Source of the DNA: Azolla caroliniana
Lineage: Eukaryota; Plantae; Polypodiophyta
Assembly (NCBI GenBank): GCA_043228905.1
Contig: JBHGNT010000474.1
Coordinates: 1 to 23,561 of the forward strand
Direction: 5' to 3'
DNA length: 23,561 bases
The notes below the pieces were generated by a model. That model did no database searches. It worked only from the letters and a program-made list of their open reading frames with translations, and was not told the origin of the DNA. The position numbers were made by a program, and so were the translations under genes. Of the stretch, positions 12,800 through 20,971 are shown in pieces. Every line of letters starts with the position of its first letter. Position 1 is the first letter of the stretch.

Positions 12800-12988
12800 T
12801 TTATTTGATTTGGTATGTTCTAAACATTTTTTTATTTGATTTGGTATGCGCTAAAAAGTTTTTTTCAACATGTTCCGGTTGACATTATCGTTTGTAGGAA
12901 AGTGGCCGGTTAAAAATTTTCAATTTCGGTTAAGATCCTAAAAACCAAGAAAATTTCCGGTAGGGGCTAGAGACTTTGCCCAACACTG
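12800..12988 (+). mobile_element. Second copy of the hAT-like right end (ends ...GGGGCTAGAGACTTTGCCCAACACTG)
   Basis: Direct repeat of ~10727-10910, including TTTATTTGATTTGGTATG, CAACATGxTCCGGTTGA, TGTAGGAAAGTGG and TTCCGGTAGGGGCTAGAGACTTTGCCCAACA. Similarity ends at or within a few nt of the CAGTGTTGGG-type terminus. Confidence 0.7.
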
Positions 12989-13722
12989 GTTGTGGCTCTT
13001 AATAAAATGTAGGTTTTTAAATTTGTAAAGGTAGTAAATGTATTGGGTTGTGGCTCTTAATAGATTGTGGGCTATCATAGACTTTTTTTCTTTATTCCGA
13101 CATTGTAACTTAAAAAAGACATTGTGTTCGAGCCCAATGTGAAGGCATTATGTCTAGCAAAGTATTGCTTATATAGCGTCATGCAAGTATCTTCACAATT
13201 TTTTAGAATTTAAATACATATAACCATGATGACGTAGTGTTGAATCCTATGCTTTGCAATCACCATTGATGGTTATCATAAAAACTCGTCCTGGTTTTAG
13301 GTTGATATCGTGCTAACAACTTTAGGACTCCAACACTCTCACATATGTATGTTAGTGGGGTTTGAGCCACAATGAACCATCACAAAATGCATGCAAATGT
13401 CATTGAAAGACATCTCATTTCTAGCAATACCATGTCACATTTATTGCAAGTGACATGCAATTATATATGGAAGGAAGCTTATGACCTTTTTCATAACAAA
13501 CTAGCATGGCTTAGTAGTACCCAAACAAGTTCCCATTTGGTCGTGACCCTACATGATCGATAAATGAAAATCATGTTGAGTTCTCATTTTCTCCACCAAT
13601 ATTTGCTTTGAAAACTACGCTTGATAAGCTTATTCCTTTTCCATTAAGTCGCACCCACCCTCCAATTTTCAAATTTTCATAAGATAAAGACAACAAAATT
13701 CATCAAAGTTTGCACACAAAAT

Positions 13723-14185
13723 TAGATATGAAGCCAATTCGGTTTCTTTGCGTTGAAATCGAACCAAACCAAACCAAACCGTTAATGGATTGTCAAGCCA
13801 TTTAAACCGAACCATTTAAGTTAAACTAATTAAAAACTAAATAAACAAAACTACATTAAATTAAATAAGCATTTAAGTTAAGTTAATCAAATAAAAAATA
13901 TTAACTAAACCATTAAATTAAATAAGCATTAAGGAAAATAAAGTTAACCAAAAACCAATAAACCTTTAAACCAAACTACTTAAACTTATAAACCGATAAA
14001 TCTGAGTTTTAGAACCAAACCAAACCGTTCTTCTCTTGAACTTGATTAACTTGGCCAATGAACGAACGAATAAGGCCTGTAGGGCTAATAATCCAAACCA
14101 AACCAAATATTTATTTTGGAACCATTAAACCATGGCTTACCGGTTTGGTTCGGTTCGGTTTGAGGTGAAACTGGGCTCATATCTA
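13723..14185. mobile_element. 463-bp non-autonomous hAT element (MITE-like)
   Basis: TIRs TAGATATGAAGCCAATT (13723-13739) and rc TAGATATGAGCCCAGTT (14169-14185) match 14/17. 8-bp TSD CACAAAAT (13715-13722) / CATAAAAT (14186-14193) matches 7/8. Many AAACC/AACCG/CGGTT subterminal motifs, as in hAT elements. Confidence 0.88.
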
Positions 14186-14275
14186 CATAAAATGAAGTTA
14201 CACACAACTTGGGGCGTTAAAATTCGTAGAAATTATTTGCACACAAGATAGAAAAAGACAAACAAAATGCTGACA

Positions 14276-14362
14276 TAATAATAAATAATAATAATAATAA
14301 ATAATAATAATAATAATAATAATAATTAATAATAAAAAATAAAAATAAAAAAATAAAAAAAA
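14276..14362. repeat. (AAT)n / A-rich microsatellite
   Basis: Directly visible. Confidence 0.9.
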
Positions 14363-14391
14363 TGCATCAAGGACTCAGAGATTTAGTACTT

Positions 14392-14483
14392 TCAGGCTGT
14401 AAACGATACATTTGAATCACGGTTTAGGGTTTCAACGAACTGTCAGGCTCTTAAACATACATTAGAATCACGGTTTAGGGTTT
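14392..14483 (+). promoter_or_regulatory. 51-bp-period tandem duplication, each unit ending in a telo-box (TAGGGTTT at 14425-14432 and 14476-14483)
   Basis: TCAGGCT..TAAAC.ATACATT.GAATCACGGTTTAGGGTTT occurs twice. The telo-box is a known plant promoter/5'UTR element; function here is inferred. Confidence 0.5.
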
Positions 14484-14758
14484 ACACAAAGCAAGCACTG
14501 CCGATTTTGATCTCTGCGGCATGGCGGAAGAAGTGTTTGAAGGATTTGCTTTCCTTTGATTCCTTGTCTGCAATCTCCAGACACGCCTAGATGCAAGCAA
14601 CGATTGTGAGCTGACAGGAAGAAATAAGGTGATCTCCCAGCTGCTGCTTTTGATTGTGTATTTAATTATGTACTTGATGAAGGCGTTGCAACGAGGATCC
14701 AGGCATGAAGTGTGATCCATCCTTCCATACATACATACATACATACATACATACACAT

Positions 14759-14872
14759 CGTGGTGTCTAACTACTACCAAATATTAAAGAGGCCAAGTGA
14801 GGGAATCGCGGAGAGGGACGGTGCAGGTCGCACCGCTGATGGCGCGTTCGATCTCCACCGTCCAAGATGGAT
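14759..14872 (+). repeat. Left TIR of the MULE
   Basis: CTAACTACTACCAAATATTAAAGAGG...CCGTCCAAGATGGAT; inverted copy at 20159-20272. Confidence 0.93.
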
Positions 14873-14908
14873 GTGGAATAGGCGCGAAAAAGCGCGCCAC
14901 GTAAAAAG

Positions 14909-15168
14909 GGAGCCCGGCTCATACAAAATGGAGCCCGACTCATTAAAGAAGGGCTCCACTTTGTGAAAGGGAGCCCTTCTCATTCATGTTCAGGGAAGTA
15001 TAAAAACCCATTCAGGCAAAATGGAGCCCGACTCATTAAAGAAGGGCTCCCTTGGAGCCCGACTCATTAAAGAAGGGCTCCCTTGGAGCCCGACTCATTA
15101 AAGAATGGCTCCATTTTGTCAAAAGGGAGCCCTTCTCATTCATGTTCAAGGAAGTATAAAAACCCATT
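14909..15168 (+). repeat. Left subterminal array of ~11 GGAGCCC/GGGCTCC motifs, including 31-bp palindromic units GGAGCCC-N14-GGGCTCC
   Basis: Motifs at 14909, 14930, 14951, 14970, 15023, 15044, 15054, 15075, 15085, 15106 and 15126; a larger block ~14925-15012 recurs at ~15085-15168. Confidence 0.92.
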
Positions 15169-15394
15169 TTCTGTCATTTTCTGTCATTTTCTGTCATTCG
15201 TGGGTTTGAGGGTTTAGGGTTCTTGAGCGAGGCGCACCACCTATCTGCGAGCACTCGTTGCAAACATCTCCGGTGAGGCACTGCGAGCACCTGCAGTCCA
15301 GAGGTAGGCATCATATTCCTTCTATTAGGTTTTGGTTTTTATTAGGTATCATATTCTTTCTATTAGGTTTAGGGTTGCTTCTAATAGGTACCAT

Positions 15395-16172
15395 AAATGT
15401 GTGTATGATTAAATACATGTATGTGTGTATGATTCAATACATTTGTGTGTGTATGTGTATGATTAAATACATGTATGTGTGTGTATGATTGAATACATTT
15501 CTGTGTGTGTATGATTGAATACATTTGTGTGTGTGATGGGTTTAGGGTTACATGTATGTGTGTATTTAAGATCTTCTTTGGGCTGTGAATGTGTGTGTTT
15601 GTTGTATGATTGAATACATTTATTTGGGAATGTGCGTGTATACATGTGTATGATTGAATACATTTCTGTGTGTGTATGATTGAATACATGTATGTGTGTA
15701 TGATTGAATACATTTGTGTGTGTGATGGTTGAATACATGTATGTGTGTATTTAAGATCTTCTTTGGGCTGTGAATGTGTGTGTTTGTTGTATGATTGAAT
15801 ACATTTATTTGGGAATGTGTGTGTATACATGTGTATGATTGAATACATTTCTGTGTGTGTATGATTGAATACATTTCTGTGTGTGATGGTTGAATACATG
15901 TATGTGTGTATTTAAGATCTTCTTTGGGCTGTGAATGTGTGTGTTTGTTGTATGATGAATACATTTATTTGGGAATGTGTGTGTATACATGTGTATGATT
16001 GAATACATGTATTTGTGTATTTTAGATCTTCCATGGGCTGCGAATGTGTGTGCATGTGTATGATTGAATACATGTTTGTGTGTATTTAAGATCTTCTATA
16101 GGCTGTGATTTAATACATGTATGTGTGCATTTAAGATCTCCCATGGGTTGTGTATGATTGAATACATGTATG
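15395..16172 (+). repeat. Complex minisatellite, ~19 copies of (TGTATG)ATTGAATACAT organised in ~160-185-bp higher-order units, inside the first intron of the MULE accessory gene
   Basis: The marker AAGATCTTCTTTGGGCTGTGAATG recurs at ~15568, 15753 and 15914, with degenerate copies at ~16023, 16088 and 16133. Confidence 0.93.
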
Positions 16173-16350
16173 ATTTTGATTTTGCCAACATTTGAATGCT
16201 TGAATTTGCCCATGTGATTCATGCATTATTGGGCTCTTTTTTATGCCCACATTTGAATGTCAAATCTAAAATCTTGTATACATTCTTTGCGTTTTTTCTC
16301 CCTAAATAATAGTAATGTAATGAATGCCTTTCTAAAAATGTTTTGTACAG

Positions 16351-17995
16351 ATGGCTAGTCGGTCCAAGATCTTCATAGACTTTGATGCAGATTGGGGTGA
16401 AACAATACCCTATGAAGGGAGGTATGGCATGAATCATTTCTCTACTTTATATTGTGTATAAATAATAATGTTTGTGTGCTAACTTGAATGTTGGTTTAGG
16501 GTTTATGTAAGAAAGGGTGTTAGGTGCCCCAAATCCAATGATACGGAGGCTGAAAACATCATTACTCAAGACTCGAGCATGGATACGAACCCCATGCATG
16601 ACGTGGGTCCAAGTGTTGAAGATATCAAAGTAAATGGTGAGTTTATGTCCATTCTTATAATCATTATTGATGTAAGCATATTTTGGGTTTTTCTAATGCA
16701 AATGTGACACCATTGTTGTAGTGGACCCTATGTCCCTCTTCAAGTGTGGAAGAGACTCAACAGGTATCAAATGTCGCACCTGTATTGTGGGAGATTCGTG
16801 TAGAAAAGAGGGGAGATGGTTTCGAAAAAAAGCGGACATGGAGGCCCATTTACAGAAGGCACATGGCATCCATGTAATACTGCCTCGGGGGCTAAAGATA
16901 GACGAAGAAGAGCAATCGACCTCCATGAGGAGTACAGCCACATCATTCTTCAGCGAATACGAAAGACAACGATCAATAAATCGTTTTTTGGATCCGGAGC
17001 TCAAGTATAATAGATCACGCCAATCACACATGAGGAAGTTGAGGACAAGAGCAATAAAAATCTTCAAAGCCACTCCGGACTCACTTCGAACATGCAAGGA
17101 GGCTGATTTCATTGCTCAATTCGTTAGCCAACAAATGGCCAGGTATGACGAGGGAAAGGAGCATAGGATGGCAAAAGTGAGGTTGAAGATTGCGGATGCG
17201 TCTAAAGATTATGTAAGTATGGTTTATGATTTTGTGTGCATCTTATGTGAGTTTAAAACTTATGATTATGTGTGAATCTTATGTATGAATTGTAGTGTAA
17301 GAGTCATGGAATTCCCATACCAAAGGATGAGGCACATGTCGAGATCGATGGTGGTCAAGACCAACTGTCAGAATCGACAATGCAACAAGCAAGGAGGCCG
17401 AAAATCCAAATCCGCAGGAAAGAAGTGGACCCATGTAATTCGGAGTTCATTACATCATCTGACACAGATGAGGATGCAGACATTGGGATTGTCTTTGTTG
17501 GTCCAGGGACAATCTCGAAAACATGGGATAACTCTGCAAGAAATAAGTTCACCAGGTATGTTGTTATGCTGGGGGCATGATATCAATAGTTAACATCATG
17601 TTTGTTTAGTAGTTACTAATCTAGCCTAATAAACAGGTATCAGGTGGCATGCCGACGACTGGATGTAGCGGTCTTCTTGTCGGAGATACAACTATGTTCG
17701 TTGATCACAGTAGGGGAGATGGCATCCACATGGATGATAAACCAACCCAACCTAATGGGACCGATTGTGGGTATTACGTGATGCAAACTATTCGCATGTT
17801 GGTCGAGGAGTTGATTCAAGGATTTGAGTCCGATCAATTTGTAAGTATTTATGAGATTTGAATTTGAGCATTTGTTTTTGTTTTTGTTGATGGCATCTTC
17901 AATTGTAGGGTAAGGAGCAATGGTTTGGATTCGAAGACGTGGAGCTCCTTCGGAAAATCATGGCAAAATGGGCACGAAGGACTTTGGGCATATGA
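16351..17995 (+). pseudogene. MULE accessory gene: C2H2-like zinc finger plus partial Ulp1/peptidase C48 (SUMO-protease) domain; coding exons 16351-16421, 16500-16636, 16722-17212, 17296-17555, 17637-17840, 17909-17995
   Basis: Five 68-85-nt GT-AG introns. Exons 1-4 splice in frame (MASRSKIFIDF...), and exons 5-6 splice in frame to give PTQPNGTDCGYYVMQTIRML...F|GKEQWFGFEDVELLRKIMAKW* (QxNxxDCG catalytic-Cys motif and typical Ulp1 tail). ZnF-like CRTCIVGDSC...WFRKKADMEAHLQKAH at ~16772-16870. The exon 4-5 junction does not lead into the Ulp1 frame and no catalytic His/Asp segment is seen, so the gene is probably internally deleted. Confidence 0.78.
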
Positions 17996-18007
17996 CTACG
18001 TGGAGTC

Positions 18008-18350
18008 ATTTTGCAATGGTTGTATATGACTCAATGTAAATCTTTTTGGTTGTATATGAATCTCATTTTGGTTGTAGATGACTCAATGTAAATCATTTTG
18101 GTTGTAGATGACTCAATGTAAATCATTTTGGTTGTATATGACTCAATGTAAATCATTTTGGTTGTATATGAATCTCATCTTGGTTGAATATGAATCAATT
18201 TTTGAATCTCATTTTGGTTGTATATGAATCTCATCTTGGTTGAATATGAATCAATTTTTGAATCGCATTTTGGTTGTATATGAATCTCATTTTGGTTGTG
18301 TATGAATCTCATTTTGGTTGTATATGAAAATCATTTTGGTTGTATATTGG
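18008..18350 (+). repeat. Tandem array of 13 TTTTGGTTGTATATG-type motifs in 22- and 30-bp units (3' UTR of the accessory gene)
   Basis: Units TTTTGGTTGTATATGACTCAATGTAAATCA (30 bp) and TTTTGGTTGTATATGAATCTCA (22 bp) are directly visible. Confidence 0.93.
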
Positions 18351-18485
18351 AATTGTTTTGGGTGTCAAAAGAATAAGACTAATAGCTTATTGACAAGTAG
18401 TGAAGGCAATGGTTTTTGAGAAAGGCCAATAAAGAGTAAGTATATAGAAAGAGTGCTTCGGTCCCTACGTAAAGAATACATAGTA

Positions 18486-18719
18486 AGACATAATGTCAAT
18501 CCATTTCAAAGACATAATAAGACTCAATGTCAATCCAATTCAAAGACATAATAAGACATAATAAGACTCAATGTCATTCCATTTCAAAGACATAAATAAG
18601 ACTCAATGTCAATCCATTTCAAAGACATAAATAAGACTCAATGTCAATCCATTTCAAAGACATAAATAAGACTCAATGTCAATCCATTTCAAAGACATAA
18701 TAAGACTCAATGTCAATCT
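18486..18719 (+). repeat. 35-bp tandem array (GACTCAATGTCAATCCATTTCAAAGACATAAATAA), ~6.5 copies
   Basis: Near-perfect copies at 18600, 18635 and 18670, with slightly variant copies upstream. Confidence 0.95.
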
Positions 18720-18724
18720 TATGA

Positions 18725-19856
18725 CTAAGGTTAAAAATTGGGAGTGCCATGACTAAGGTTGATTGGGCTTTGATCTTGCATCATGCCTATGCACTCCGAG
18801 ATCTTGGGAAAGTGGCACATGTTCAACCCTACCTGCATGGTGAACCAGGATCTCCCGCCATACAACCATTTATCTTGATACTTCAAGATCAATGGATGTT
18901 GGAAATGTGTGAGCGGTTGACCCTAAACAACTCTTGGGCAATCGACTCGACATTTAAAACAAACCAATTTGGGCTACCATTATATGCCGCAGTTGCCCCC
19001 AATGCCATGGGAATTGGGATCCCATTATGGTACATGCTTTGTAGTTCTGATAAGGGGTCAAACCATGAGCAAGTGGCATTAGAAACTTGTTTGAGAGTCA
19101 TATTCGCAAGGATGCCCACGGTGAGGCCAAATGCGATAGTGATCGATAAATGTTGGACGTCATATAATGCCATAACTAATGTGGTTGCAACAGACCGTCA
19201 ATCTTGGATTGTTGTAAATGGGCAACGGTCCCAAACACATTTGTGGTTTGACATGTGTGTGGAGGAAACTCTGGCCCAAGTTTGGTAGAATGTTCAACTA
19301 TGGACATGTTGACACTACCAATATTGTGGAAAGACATTGGCAGTTTATCAAGTATATTGCCTTGAGGGGAAGAATAAACCGATCAATTACCGACCTTCTA
19401 CATGTCTTAATCGGGGACAGTGAAACTGGCACTTGCATAGGAGGAACGGTAATAGAGTGGTACAAGCAACGACAAGAAATATGTGAGAGTGGTCGGTTTG
19501 CACCTCGTGCGAATTGTAGGGATCAAAGGTCTCGACTTAAAGAAGCAGAGAGAATATTGGAAAGGTATGTCGAAAATAGACATCTCGCAAGAACTTATTG
19601 GCAGCAACAATAGACATCTCGTGCAACAATAGACATCTCGCAAGAACTTATTGGCAGCTCCCCAAACACTTCCAAATCCCACTCCGGAAAATTACAAAGA
19701 GGTGCTAGTCGGGCTAGGAGGAGATTGCCATTGGTTGACCATGAGAAGGTTCGGTGTTTGCGTTGCGATGGCTTGACCTTGACTTCAAGGGACTCAAATG
19801 TTACATGTTGTAAAAATTGTGGTTGCATCTTGCAATCATCCCGACATGAGCCATAA
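18725..19856 (+). pseudogene. Fragmented MULE (Mutator-family) DDE transposase
   Basis: WAIDSTFKTNQFGLPLY (D1, ~18944), PNAIVIDK (D2, ~19145), then after a frameshift HVDTTNIVERHWQFIK (E, ~19329), all hallmark MULE motifs. A final frame encodes CLRC...CKNC and ends TAA at 19854-19856. The N-terminus, the CxxH/insertion domain and a SWIM finger are not seen. Confidence 0.88.
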
Positions 19857-20026
19857 TCTTAATATGTATATTTCAATTTAGGGTTGTCAACATCTGACAT
19901 TTTAATATTTTATGTAAGACTTGTTATTTGAACCTTTACGTTTTTTTGAGAAATTTTATGGTCAGTTTCATGGAAAATATTTGTTGTACACTTACAATTT
20001 TGTGGAGTTTTTGATGTTTGTTGCTA

Positions 20027-20142
20027 CAGAGTCGGGCTCCTTCTTACTGATGTGATCTGACAGCGGGGCTCCTTCTGACAGAGTCGGGCTCCTTTTTGAC
20101 AGAGTCGGGCTCCCTGTGGCAGAGTCGGGCTCCTTCTGACAG
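20027..20142 (-). repeat. Right subterminal array, 5 copies of (GACAGAGTC)GGGCTCC, mostly at ~20-bp spacing
   Basis: GAGTCGGGCTCC is the reverse complement of the left-end GGAGCCCGACTC; GGGCTCC at 20034, 20066, 20086, 20107 and 20127. Confidence 0.92.
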
Positions 20143-20158
20143 ACGTTGTCAGCTTTTT

Positions 20159-20272
20159 ATCCATCTTGGACGGTGGAGATCGAACGCGCCATCAGCGATG
20201 TGACCTGTACCGTCCCTCTCCGCGATTCCCTCACTTGCCCTCTTTAATATTTGGTAGCAGTTAGTCACGAGC
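20159..20272 (-). repeat. Right TIR of the MULE
   Basis: Reverse complement of 14759-14872; the outermost 8 nt match only 4/8. Confidence 0.93.
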
Positions 20273-20339
20273 ACATACACATAAATGTCTATGTGTGTAT
20301 GTGTATGCTTGTGGGGGTTTCGGAGATTTCGGATACATG

Positions 20340-20408
20340 CATATATGTATGTATGTATGTATGTTTGTTTGTTTGTATTTCTTCTTTCAAAATCTCTGAT
20401 TTGCAGAA

Positions 20409-20451
<43 letters not shown>

Positions 20452-20723
20452 TACCGGTAAGTTAATCAATCTTTTTCACTTCTCTTGGAATTTCTGATGT
20501 TCTTTGTTTTGACTTCCTTCTGTTTTTTTCCTGGCTCTTTTCTCAAGTTGTACATCGTTTTGGATTTCCATCTTAGCCTCTACATATTATTGAATCGAGA
20601 TGGATATATATATGTATCTATGTGTATGATTGCATAAATTGATGATCTTTGTGTATAAAGGTGCGTGGATCCATGGAACCGTCAGCAACTATTTTCTTCT
20701 CCATCAAGCAATGATTGAAACAG
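20340..20723 (+). other. Possible 5' UTR exons and first intron of a downstream host gene, with (TATG)n and (CT)n microsatellites
   Basis: (CT)n at 20412-20447 is followed by a donor CG|GTAAGT (~20457), a U-rich intron, and an exon-like segment ~20661-20723 ending CAG|GTACT. Further splice-like sites lie near 23212 and 23275. No coding frame identified. Confidence 0.35.
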
Positions 20724-20971
20724 GTACTTTTCTACTATAAACTTGGAAGAAAATCTATAGACTTTTTCGTGTCAACAAAACTTACTTAACGTAGACCAAG
20801 TGTGAGTGATATCCTTCATTGTGATGATGATTAGGAGGAAAAAAGAACTTTGACACCTCATGCAGTTTTTTTATTCTAGTGTGGGATATAACCAATTATT
20901 TGGATTGAGGCCTTTCCAAGTGTTGAACAGACTTGCTGATTTTGAGGAAATCTAGAAGAGAAACCTTCAAA

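Larger units (their letters stand above)
14759..20272 (+). mobile_element. Mutator-like element (MULE), 5514 bp, long TIRs, non-autonomous deletion derivative carrying a ZnF-Ulp1-like gene and transposase fragments
   Basis: 14767-14872 is the reverse complement of 20159-20264 (5 mismatches in 106 by my alignment). Exactly 8 nt further out on both sides lies the 10-bp direct repeat ACATACACAT (14749-14758; 20273-20282), a MULE-sized TSD. MULE DDE transposase motifs are present internally. Confidence 0.92.

Noticed and set aside
14766-14790. TCTAACTACTACC...ATTAAAG resembling a Helitron 5' end
   Set aside because: It lies within a long TIR pair with a TSD and MULE transposase; no Rep/helicase or 3' hairpin-CTRR end was seen.
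14712-14966. Apparent paralogous ORFs here and at 20149-20469 (YQILKRxSEGIAERDG...)
   Set aside because: They are the two TIRs translated, not genes.
15202-15221. Interstitial telomere
   Set aside because: Only 1-3 imperfect units per site; better described as telo-boxes.
15258-16222. Multiple His/Thr/Ile-rich ORFs
   Set aside because: They are translations of the minisatellite in several frames.
18486-18719. 35-bp repeats, and the 31-bp palindromic units at 15023-15112, as a CRISPR-like array
   Set aside because: Units are head-to-tail with no unique spacers, there are no cas genes, and the context is a eukaryotic transposon.
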